From the NCBI GenBank assembly GCA_031284165.1, contig JAITAK010000052.1, positions 1 through 48,083 of the forward strand: a stretch of DNA of 48,083 nucleotides. The letters run 5' to 3'. The notes beneath the pieces are model-generated. The model ran no database searches and was not told the origin of the DNA. It worked only from the letters and a program-made list of their open reading frames with translations. How positions within the stretch are numbered: the stretch's first letter is position 1; the number at the start of each line of letters is the position of its first letter. The stretch comes from Puniceicoccales bacterium (GTDB lineage Bacteria; Verrucomicrobiota; Verrucomicrobiia; Opitutales; LL51). Made by a program: the position numbers and the translations under genes. Of this stretch, positions 24,891-33,093 are shown one piece after another.

Positions 24891-27113
24891 ATGGGTAACA
24901 AAATAAAAAAGAAAGTATGGGTTAGTCTTATATTGCTTCTAGCATCCCTAGGAGCGTACGGGTGGACTACAATTATTAATAAAGGAAAAACAATTTTAGG
25001 CAATGAAGTTAAAGAGTTCAGTTCCAATAATTTTGCAAGAATCAATAAGGAAAAATTGGTACACACCTCAGGGACGACGTTATCTATCGATTCCAAGATT
25101 TTGAGGTCTATTTCCCATGCGATATTTCGAAAAAATTTAACAATCCTTATCCAAAATAAAGATCAAAGTGTGCAATACGAACAATTTTGGTTATATGATC
25201 CTGATTTTATTCCTAAAGATTCCAACAAATCTCCATATAAGCATCCTTTCAGTCATTCCATTGAAGAAAAATGTACATTTTTTTATCTGCCAGATGTCCC
25301 TCTATTTGTTCCTGTACATAAAAACACATTTTATAACTATCGCAAAGTTGACGGAGGAATAAAAAATAAAAATGTGCTTGGAAAGGGTAAGAGTGAAAAA
25401 TTACGGTTCCATAGCGATGTGATATGTTGCATGAAGTTGTTTAGGGAAGAAAATGCAAAGGTTTTGGAAAAAACAAATAGAGTCGCTGAAAATAGAAATG
25501 AACAAAATGTTATTGAACAGATCGTTTTTTACCGCTACAGCCCCGCTAATCGCTATTTTTTCCTTTCACCGGCCGCTAAATTACATCATCTCATAGATGA
25601 TGTCCTTACTTTCGGTTGCCGAAAACCATTCGAATTACAGATGGGCATTGATGGAAGAATCGCTTCAGGGAAAAACGCCAAGACACGCATCGCAGATTTC
25701 CCAAATACATTCACTTTCCAAAATCACTACCTCATTCGGGAAACTTCTCATTTCTTTACAATGCACTTGAAGGAAAAAGGAGGCTTCGTACTGTCTGCTT
25801 TAGCCAATCAAGGTTGGATTGGTAATGAAACCGGTGGAAGTTATGGCCTTCCAGGTATTAATTTGGTGAGCGATACCCATAGCGTAGATCTCACCAATAA
25901 AGGACAAAATAAATGGGTGACGACCAAAGTCAGTATAGGGAATACGCAATTTCTGACGCATCACATTTTTTTAAATCAAACCTTCACGGCTAAACTTGAA
26001 TGGGTATTATTGGGGCAAAATTTCAATTTACTGGAGGGTTTGAAAGATTCCGATACAAAAGTTTATGGAGATTTGGTTTCCTTCTGGGCAAAATCGACGC
26101 TCAATGAAGAGATTCGCAAGGATTGGCTCCTGATGAATGTTTTCGAAAAAATTGAAGATGGACTTAAAAATAAAAATAATCCAAGCCATCAACAGTACAA
26201 AGATTATTGCCAAGCCTATGCCTATTACAAGGTCGCTCATGTCGTTCACGATTTTAAAGTCAAGGTCGAAGAAAGTATAAAACTGATTTCTCAAGATAGC
26301 GAAATCGTCAGTGAAATAGAGAAAATTACCCAAAAAATGAAGATCATTCAATGGAAAGATGAGGGAATCGCAGAACTCAATAAATTGGAAAATGACTTGC
26401 TTGACCAAGATGATCCGAGTGATGCGCCAATCGATACCATTGAAACCGGAAAAGCTTGTATCGAAGAAGAATTCCAAAGGGTATTACAGGCATTCGACGC
26501 TTCAAAGCGACCGTCACAGTTATTAAAGCCGGTGTCAAGAAAGAAACCCGTAGCTAAAAAGCCAACGCCCATAGCAAGAAGTTCAGCCAGGAGACAACAA
26601 AGACGGATCAGTCTATCCCAGAGACGCCAAAGATGGAACGCAATAAGAAGAAGAGCAAGAGCCCATAAAGGGAATTTAACGCCTCCCAAGGGCAGTTCTC
26701 GAAAGCCTACGCCAACATCACCAAGAACAATGCGTAATAAAAAAGCAGCCAATCCTCAAAATCAGAATAAGCAACCCCCAAAGCAAGATTCAAATAACCC
26801 AGAAGAAAACCAAGAGCCCGAGAAAAAATTCATGGGAGAACCAGAAAAATCTCAGTCTTTTGGATATACAACTACGGTGAATACACCTGAAAAAGGCAAA
26901 AATAAGCATTATACCAACGCCAAAGATCTCGTGAAAAAATTCAAGGAAAATTTGCAAAAGCGCATCGATAAGATGACAAAGCAATTGAATGAAATGCAGA
27001 AAAATCCCGATAACTTCGATTACTCAAAGGTTAATGCTATGCGCGAACAATTTTATCACCTGCTCAATACCTTAAAACAAGGCCAAGTTATGGCTAACGA
27101 TACATACCTGTAA
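24891..27113 (+). CDS. Paralogous family member 4 (P4) with basic Pro/Arg/Lys linker
   Basis: The first ATG is at 24891 (the listed 24852 is TTG). The leader is VWVSLILLLASLGAYGW. Shared blocks are ILIQNKDQSVQYEQFWLYDPD, YLPDVPLFVPV, DVICCMKL, IVFYRYSPANRYFFLSPAAKLH, GFVLSALANQGW, GLPGINL, WVTTKV, FLTHHIFLNQ, LLEGLKD and NPSH. It has a ~45-aa insertion after the leader. Confidence 0.8.
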   Translation: MGNKIKKKVWVSLILLLASLGAYGWTTIINKGKTILGNEVKEFSSNNFARINKEKLVHTSGTTLSIDSKILRSISHAIFRKNLTILIQNKDQSVQYEQFWLYDPDFIPKDSNKSPYKHPFSHSIEEKCTFFYLPDVPLFVPVHKNTFYNYRKVDGGIKNKNVLGKGKSEKLRFHSDVICCMKLFREENAKVLEKTNRVAENRNEQNVIEQIVFYRYSPANRYFFLSPAAKLHHLIDDVLTFGCRKPFELQMGIDGRIASGKNAKTRIADFPNTFTFQNHYLIRETSHFFTMHLKEKGGFVLSALANQGWIGNETGGSYGLPGINLVSDTHSVDLTNKGQNKWVTTKVSIGNTQFLTHHIFLNQTFTAKLEWVLLGQNFNLLEGLKDSDTKVYGDLVSFWAKSTLNEEIRKDWLLMNVFEKIEDGLKNKNNPSHQQYKDYCQAYAYYKVAHVVHDFKVKVEESIKLISQDSEIVSEIEKITQKMKIIQWKDEGIAELNKLENDLLDQDDPSDAPIDTIETGKACIEEEFQRVLQAFDASKRPSQLLKPVSRKKPVAKKPTPIARSSARRQQRRISLSQRRQRWNAIRRRARAHKGNLTPPKGSSRKPTPTSPRTMRNKKAANPQNQNKQPPKQDSNNPEENQEPEKKFMGEPEKSQSFGYTTTVNTPEKGKNKHYTNAKDLVKKFKENLQKRIDKMTKQLNEMQKNPDNFDYSKVNAMREQFYHLLNTLKQGQVMANDTYL

Positions 27114-27188
27114 AATATTAAAGTCGACGAGATGACGATCATTTCATCAATTTTTCTTTTCCTGCAGTCAGGTCCTTTAAAGAAAAAT

Positions 27189-27608
27189 TTATGAGGAACG
27201 ATGATTTTGCATCAAAAAAGCAATGGAATTATAATCTTTGAGTGCCTTCTTGATCACTTGAGTAATACTCTCCTGGGTTCCTTGAATGGGGATGGCCCTA
27301 CGTTGGCTGATCGGCTTATGTTCTATGACGATATCATTAGGAAATTTTAGAAATTTTTTCAGAGAAGTCACTTTTATTCCCTTAAATTTACCTTTAGGTT
27401 TACCGCCTACGGTTATTTTTCGTTCTGACAAATGGGTATGAGGAACGATTTGCCACGGATCGCCAAGCGATTTTGAGAACGCTGGATCGATGCTGCGTTT
27501 CCCTCGTTTCGAACTTTGCGAAACCTCCGCAATACGTTGCATTTCAAGAGCGGTGTCCTCGTGTTCTTCAACGATCATGCCATAGTCAAAATTATCCCTA
27601 GATTCCAT
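27189..27608 (-). CDS. Small hypothetical protein immediately downstream of the T3S chaperone (candidate chaperone partner or substrate)
   Basis: The ATG at 27608 (MESRDNFDYG...) is preceded by aggaaaggaaatcaca. The longer listed start at 27650 lies 20 nt inside the chaperone gene. The N-terminus is acidic and the centre is Lys-rich (GGKPKGKFKGIKVTSLKKFLKF). I recognise no family. Confidence 0.5.
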   Translation of the reverse strand: MESRDNFDYGMIVEEHEDTALEMQRIAEVSQSSKRGKRSIDPAFSKSLGDPWQIVPHTHLSERKITVGGKPKGKFKGIKVTSLKKFLKFPNDIVIEHKPISQRRAIPIQGTQESITQVIKKALKDYNSIAFLMQNHRSS

Positions 27609-27630
27609 TGTGATTTCCTTTCCTAATTTT

Positions 27631-28113
27631 TTAATTTTTCCATGATCCATACTTCTTCTTTGTTGGAATCGTTTTTAAATCTTCATCACTGAGCATTTCA
27701 GCTTCAGTGCAAATTTCGTCAATACGCTTCATCCACGCATCGACTACATCAACAAATACAGCTAAATCGTCTTCGAAAGCATTCGAATCGGCCAAAGGAA
27801 GCAAAAACTTTTTCTGTAAGACTAGAGTCTGCGTTTGCTTATCAATGGCGAATGTCGCACCGTTGGAAACTTTCCAAAAAAAATTGGCTTCTAGAAGTAC
27901 TTCCAAAACGAGCTCTTTCCCCATAAATGGAACTACGCTAATATAGGAATATACAATTAATGCGCCTTCTTCTTCATTGAGCTCTAAATTAAGTACAATT
28001 TTATCATCAAATAGAATTAAACAATGATTATTGGAGTCTAAGGTCAATGACGATAAATCCAGGACTTTTGCAAGTTCCTGAAGTAGATGATTTACTTCGT
28101 TTTTATAATCCAT
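27631..28113 (-). CDS. Class I type III secretion chaperone (CesT/SycE-like fold family)
   Basis: 160 aa and acidic. The pattern LLQELAKVLDLSSLTLDSNNHCLILFDDKIVLNLELNEEEGALIVYSYISVVP...LEVLLEANFFWKVSNGATFAIDKQTQTLVLQKKFLLPLADSNAFEDDLAVFVDVVDAWMKRI matches the canonical layout of CesT/Tir-chaperone family proteins as I know it. That layout is: announce the target, 'alien' example, L-L-Y, LLeaNlf, GatlalD...l.L. Confidence 0.75.
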   Translation of the reverse strand: MDYKNEVNHLLQELAKVLDLSSLTLDSNNHCLILFDDKIVLNLELNEEEGALIVYSYISVVPFMGKELVLEVLLEANFFWKVSNGATFAIDKQTQTLVLQKKFLLPLADSNAFEDDLAVFVDVVDAWMKRIDEICTEAEMLSDEDLKTIPTKKKYGSWKN

Positions 28114-28200
28114 ATCCCATTTCCATCACAACAATTGCATTAAATGCGTTAAAAACATAGCTGTTTAAATCAATAAAATGATTTTACATATTTTTGCAAC

Positions 28201-28227
28201 AAAAAAAGCGTTCATGAAACTCATGAA
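28201..28227 (-). terminator. Intrinsic terminator candidate after the lipoprotein gene
   Basis: On the minus strand, TTCATGA-GTT-TCATGAA forms a perfect 7-bp stem. It is followed after CGC by TTTTTTT and lies 43 nt downstream of the stop at 28270. Confidence 0.45.
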
Positions 28228-28269
28228 GAACAAACGTTCGCGCAATTAATTGCTCATCGAAAATTCTGT

Positions 28270-29364
28270 TCAATTCGCAGAAAGACTCAACGTGGGAACG
28301 ACAGCCATGGAATCACCTGCCTGTAGATTAAATAGGTAACTTATGAATAAAAATGTCGATTTGGAATTGAGGTCGTTGTCGGCAATATAAAACCATTTTC
28401 CGCGGTAAAAAATGCTGACAAACGCATTTTCAGGACGCGCCTTCGCTTCAGCACAATGGATGGCGATCCATTTCCCTGAAAGATGTTGATTCCAATGAAA
28501 TACGGCTCCATTTTCATCTTTTGTTTCCGTAACCAATCCGGTTTCAATGTCATGGAAGGGAACATCGACGGCATGGGAAAGATAAAATAGAACTTCAATC
28601 ATAGAACGCGTACGTATCGTTAGAATCGTATCGCGCTTATCTAAAGCATTGGAACTTAAATGAAACTCTGACTGATTGGGATCGAGACCCAAAATGGATT
28701 TCAATTCTTGTACTCCGGGATGATTGGAATCTGTAAACTGAACTACCCATTCTTTGGGATGATCAAAACGTGTACCAATGAGCAAACACTTTTGTTTATA
28801 CAAATTTTCAATGAGGTTTACGGCTTCACTAAAGGGCTCATAAACTGGCTTTGTAGTCGGTGTTGGCCCTGAGGCGCTGCTCGCATTATCGAGATCATTG
28901 ATGCTTTCAATGCACAAATTGAAAACCCGTTGCGGACTCCATCCGGATTGCATGAGACCAAAAACAACCGCTAAAGGTATCGGCGAAACCATTCTTTGGG
29001 TAAACTTTTCACCTTGAAGTGGAGTATAAAAAATGGTAGGATTTTGAAAAATCTCGCTATAGGCGATAATGCCCAACTCATAGTGGCCGGCATTTTTGTC
29101 GAACCCAAGCTTCGACCCACTAGGGCCAATACGCGTCGTCAATTTGCGATTTTCGCTAATGCTACTGACTTCTAAGAAATAGGGATTATCGCGATATTTG
29201 AGACGGACCATATTTAGTAATAGTTGTTCATCGGTGGTCTTCACAATTGCACTATTATATTCACAATGTGCTTTTTCGACAGAACTGGGTCCCACAGATT
29301 TACATCCTCCTATACAGAGAAAAGTCGCTATATACAAGGCTGGCCTTCTAAGTTTATTAATCAT
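28270..29364 (-). CDS. Hypothetical lipoprotein (364 aa)
   Basis: MINKLRRPALYIATFLCIGGCKSVG has a lipobox-like IGGC. The rest is globular with no recognised motif. Confidence 0.6.
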   Translation of the reverse strand: MINKLRRPALYIATFLCIGGCKSVGPSSVEKAHCEYNSAIVKTTDEQLLLNMVRLKYRDNPYFLEVSSISENRKLTTRIGPSGSKLGFDKNAGHYELGIIAYSEIFQNPTIFYTPLQGEKFTQRMVSPIPLAVVFGLMQSGWSPQRVFNLCIESINDLDNASSASGPTPTTKPVYEPFSEAVNLIENLYKQKCLLIGTRFDHPKEWVVQFTDSNHPGVQELKSILGLDPNQSEFHLSSNALDKRDTILTIRTRSMIEVLFYLSHAVDVPFHDIETGLVTETKDENGAVFHWNQHLSGKWIAIHCAEAKARPENAFVSIFYRGKWFYIADNDLNSKSTFLFISYLFNLQAGDSMAVVPTLSLSAN

Positions 29365-29439
29365 AAATGCGTTTCCGATGACTAAAGTAAATGAAAAATT
29401 TTTTCTGTCAACAATGTAGCAGATTTTATAGACAAGTTG

Positions 29440-31116
29440 TTATTCATCAACGCGGGTTTGCATATTCATTATAGAAGCCAGCATTTGATATTGTTGCAGA
29501 GATGCCTGTTGATCGCCCTTGATTTTCATTTCATCTAAAATTTTATAAATAATGTAGTCACTAAAATTTCTTTTATCTTCTTTTTCTAAATCACTGACTT
29601 TTTTTTCAACAGCAATGGGGTCGATCTCCTCATCAGAAGGAATGGTCTTTTTTTCTAAAAATATGATTTCCGCTTCCATTTTTTTCATAGGAATTATCGA
29701 AGAAATACTTTTGGGATGATTGGGATGAAGTTCCGAAAGCGCTTCTCTCTCTTCGGAAGTAATCTTAGCATTATTGAGATCCTCTTCATGAAATACCGCT
29801 GTGGTCCCGTGGTAATCCGTAACAATTTTCATGAATGATTCGCGGTTCATATCTTGAACTTCATCCAGTGTTTTTTTGATTTTATCCATCTGATCCAAAA
29901 AGATCTCTTCTTTTTTCCAAATCAAAAAATCTTCCGTAACCTGTGCTCTAACACTATCTAGTGGGGGATATAAGGACGGGATGATGCCCCTATAAAGTAA
30001 AATACACACTTCGCCGTTTTTACTGATGACGGGATCCGAATAGTAGCGTTGATCATTTAATTTAGTTGTCTGCGCTAGAGATTCAGCGTAAAAATACTGA
30101 TTTTCTGAGAATTGCCCTAGGGTTACAGCATCCAAATGCTGAATTTTTAATTGATGATCTTCAAGGAGTCGCTTAAATTCTTCAGAATCGCAAGCGATAT
30201 TTTTTTCATAGAGTTGATAGACCCAGCGATCGGCGGCTTTCATAGCGTGTTGAGTAATTTTATGATCTCGGTAGGCTTTGGCAAGTTCATCGTTAAACGC
30301 CTCGGAATCCTTCTTCAAATGTTTAAATTGACGGCTGTGTTTATTGTAAAAATGCTGAAGCGCCGATGGCGAAGCTTCCGGAATTTTCTCAGCAAATAAT
30401 TCGGGAGAAAATATAACATAATCCAAAAGGATTTGCTCTTTAATTTTATAGGCTTCTTCATGATCTTTGAAGTATTTTTGAAGTTCTTCTTCGGTGACTT
30501 TAACTTCCTCCGATAAAAGCGGAGCACCAAATTTAGCGACGATGAAGGAATATTTCGTCAATGCTCGGGTGATGGCTAATTTTGCGTTTTGAGCTAAGCA
30601 ATAACCCTGTGCAGACAGTAATTTTTCCACGGTATCGATTCTAAAATCATTGGCGACCATTTGTTCAAAGATGGCCCATTGCTGGGTATTTCCCTGGAGT
30701 TGCTCCAAAAAATTGTTGTATTTATTGACGTCGAATTGACGATCTTTCCCTTTAAAGGCAGGGTAATTTTCGATGAAGCGATTCATCAAACTTTTATGAG
30801 GTTCCGGAATATGGAGATCATCGGCGAGTTTTAGTGCCGTAAGACGTGCAAGGAGGGCGTAGTCCTTTAATTGAGGGATACCAATGAAAATTTGACGTAA
30901 TTGGGCGCTTAATTCTAACTCCTGCAGTATCGGAACGATTTCTTTTTGAGAAGATAAATCGTGGCCAAAAAACTTTTGGCTCTGTCTGCGCGAGTTGCGA
31001 CCAATGCCCGGAGAAGATCCGACGGTAAAAACAAAGCTAATCGTGATGATAATCAATAAAATCGAAAACAACCATTTATGGTGTTTCTGCAAAATTTTCT
31101 GCAAAGAAGAGATCAT
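29440..31116 (-). CDS. Membrane-anchored periplasmic chaperone, PpiD/SurA-N-like (no obvious PPIase domain)
   Basis: The N-terminus MISSLQKILQKHHKWLFSILLIIITISFVFTVG is the PpiD-type single anchor. A long helical Lys/Glu-rich ectodomain follows. The call rests on architecture, not on catalytic motifs. Confidence 0.45.
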   Translation of the reverse strand: MISSLQKILQKHHKWLFSILLIIITISFVFTVGSSPGIGRNSRRQSQKFFGHDLSSQKEIVPILQELELSAQLRQIFIGIPQLKDYALLARLTALKLADDLHIPEPHKSLMNRFIENYPAFKGKDRQFDVNKYNNFLEQLQGNTQQWAIFEQMVANDFRIDTVEKLLSAQGYCLAQNAKLAITRALTKYSFIVAKFGAPLLSEEVKVTEEELQKYFKDHEEAYKIKEQILLDYVIFSPELFAEKIPEASPSALQHFYNKHSRQFKHLKKDSEAFNDELAKAYRDHKITQHAMKAADRWVYQLYEKNIACDSEEFKRLLEDHQLKIQHLDAVTLGQFSENQYFYAESLAQTTKLNDQRYYSDPVISKNGEVCILLYRGIIPSLYPPLDSVRAQVTEDFLIWKKEEIFLDQMDKIKKTLDEVQDMNRESFMKIVTDYHGTTAVFHEEDLNNAKITSEEREALSELHPNHPKSISSIIPMKKMEAEIIFLEKKTIPSDEEIDPIAVEKKVSDLEKEDKRNFSDYIIYKILDEMKIKGDQQASLQQYQMLASIMNMQTRVDE

Positions 31117-31198
31117 AGGATGCGATTCCTAAACGATAGAATATTTATTTGAAAAATTTTCAAGCCATTCTTAGACTTAGAAGGGTTAAAACTGATAT

Positions 31199-31579
31199 CT
31201 AAAAATGTCGGAAAATGGCATATTCTTTTTCTATGGGCTTATCAATAGGTTTGTCGCTTCCTCGTTCAGCTATTTTCGCAATACTGATCGCCAATGCATA
31301 TAATTGGGGAGAAATTGAAGCGATTGGCGTTTTTTCTTTAAGCGTAAGCTTCCATTTTTCTTGTCCCAAGCCTATTTCGAAGGAAGATCCTGCACTCATG
31401 GAATTTTTGATGCGGTTAACGAGTATCGTTGCGATTATCCCTTCATTGGGATCAGCATCGCTAGCATTTTTATATAAGTCCAAACCGACGAGGAACCCTT
31501 GAGTAACGACGCCGGCAACGAGTGCAAAAATTGAAAGCCCAATAATGACTTCAATTAATAAATATCCTCTTCGATTCAT
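31199..31579 (-). CDS. Prepilin-type N-terminal cleavage/methylation domain protein (T2SS pseudopilin / minor pilin)
   Basis: MNRRG|YLLIEVIIGLSIFALVAGV is the G-[FY]-x-L-I-E prepilin signature. The ATG at 31579 is preferred over the listed 31600. Confidence 0.7.
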   Translation of the reverse strand: MNRRGYLLIEVIIGLSIFALVAGVVTQGFLVGLDLYKNASDADPNEGIIATILVNRIKNSMSAGSSFEIGLGQEKWKLTLKEKTPIASISPQLYALAISIAKIAERGSDKPIDKPIEKEYAIFRHF

Positions 31580-31623
31580 TGGATAATATATCGTAATCAT
31601 TTGGAAGCAATTGGCAAGCGCGA

Positions 31624-33087
31624 TTAGCGATCATACTGCAATACATAGGCTTTTAAAGTTGAAGCCATAGCTTCTAGCGCAGCGAATTGACCGGAAGTCA
31701 TGCGCCATTGCCAATTATGACATTCTGTCCCAGGGATATTCAATCGCCCTTCGGAGTCCAAACCCAGGAGATCTTGAACGCTAATGATTCCCAGGAAACA
31801 GGGAGATCGGTAAATTTCCGTCAAAAATTTCCATAAAACCTCATGATCGTCAATTCCAAAGTAGCGATGGATCTGATCTTTGGTCGATTCGTCGCAATGG
31901 CGATACCAACCGAGCAGCGTATCGTTATCGTGGGTTCCGATGTAAAGTACGGCAAAAGGATGATGATGGTGAGGAAGGTAGCTGTTTTTAGCATCGTGAG
32001 AAAAGGCAAACTGCATGACTTTCATCCCTGGACAGGACAGCTGTTCCATAAGTCGGTGAACACTCGCATCTAACTCGCCCAAATCTTCGGCGATCAGAGG
32101 AATATTTTTAAAATGGCGAAATAACTTTTCGCCAGGGCCTCTTTCCCATTTTCCGTTTTTAGCCGTTAACGCATTTTGCGGTACGCTCCAAAAGCGGTCG
32201 AACCCACGAAAATGGTCAAGGCGGAGAACATCAAAGATTTCTCGATGGTATTCGATACGTCGTCGCCACCAATCATAATTTGTCCTTTCGAGATAGGACC
32301 AATCATAGACGGGATTGCCCCAAAGTTGACCATCTTCTGAAAAATAATCAGGCGGCACACCGGCAATACGTAAAGGCTTTAGGTTTTCATCGAGTTGAAA
32401 GTTTTTGGGTTCGCTCCAAACGTCGGCGCTATCCAATCCCGGATACATGGGGATATCACCGATAATTTGCACACCTTTTTCATGGGCATAACCCTTTAAT
32501 TTTTGCCACTGCTGATAAGCGAGGTACTGTAAAATTTCGTAGCTTTCGCCGTCTTCGAGAATAGAAGGCGCTAACTTTGTAACATCGATCTTGGCATATT
32601 GACGGTAAGGTGGAGGCCATTCCATCCAAGATTTTCCTTCAAAATGTTTCTTCAATGCAGAAAATAGCGCATAGGGCCTGAGCCAGGGCGTATGTGCCCG
32701 AAAATATCGCAGCTTTTCCCGCTCATTTTGCGGGAAATTTTCTCGAATCTTCGACAACGCATCTTGAAAAAAATGATAGATCGCTCCAAAAGCAACACGA
32801 CATTCATCGTTCGGTAAGTCGGGTATCGAAATCTCCAGCGCCTTGAGGTCGATAAAATAGGGATTGATAGCCCATGAAGACAATCCTTGGTAAGGAGAAT
32901 CACCGTAACCCGTTGGCGTCAAGGGACAAACTTGCCAAAATTTCATCCCTGCAGCGCATAAAAAGTCGACAAATTGATAGGCATTCTTGTCGAAACATCC
33001 AATACCCTGCGCACTCGGAAGACAGGAGATATGCATCGCTACCCCTACAGCCCGTTTTTTAGTCCATAAACCACCCACGCGGGCCAT
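31624..33087 (-). CDS. malQ: 4-alpha-glucanotransferase (amylomaltase, GH77)
   Basis: Motifs are GVAMHISCLPS..GIG, FWQVCPLTPTGYGDSPYQ, GDIPMYPGLDSADVW, LRLDHFRGF, IAEDLG and GTHDNDT. Confidence 0.9.
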   Translation of the reverse strand: MARVGGLWTKKRAVGVAMHISCLPSAQGIGCFDKNAYQFVDFLCAAGMKFWQVCPLTPTGYGDSPYQGLSSWAINPYFIDLKALEISIPDLPNDECRVAFGAIYHFFQDALSKIRENFPQNEREKLRYFRAHTPWLRPYALFSALKKHFEGKSWMEWPPPYRQYAKIDVTKLAPSILEDGESYEILQYLAYQQWQKLKGYAHEKGVQIIGDIPMYPGLDSADVWSEPKNFQLDENLKPLRIAGVPPDYFSEDGQLWGNPVYDWSYLERTNYDWWRRRIEYHREIFDVLRLDHFRGFDRFWSVPQNALTAKNGKWERGPGEKLFRHFKNIPLIAEDLGELDASVHRLMEQLSCPGMKVMQFAFSHDAKNSYLPHHHHPFAVLYIGTHDNDTLLGWYRHCDESTKDQIHRYFGIDDHEVLWKFLTEIYRSPCFLGIISVQDLLGLDSEGRLNIPGTECHNWQWRMTSGQFAALEAMASTLKAYVLQYDR

Positions 33088-33093
33088 TATACG

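Noticed and set aside
24626-25096. ORFs 24626-24898 (+, 90 aa) and 24716-25096 (-, 126 aa) in and around the P3-P4 spacer
   Set aside because: They have no motif and no ribosome-binding site, and they overlap the P4 leader region. The 255-nt spacer is more plausibly the P4 promoter and 5' region. I cannot exclude a small gene without comparative data.
26028-26984. Minus-strand ORFs (149, 134 and 64 aa) antisense to the P4 tail
   Set aside because: They are nested antisense frames with no independent support.
27114-27188. Bidirectional terminator between the convergent P4 gene and ORF 27189
   Set aside because: Only weak 4-5-bp stems are present (gatga/tcatc; cctg/cagg), although a T-rich run follows on the + strand. 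The support is insufficient.
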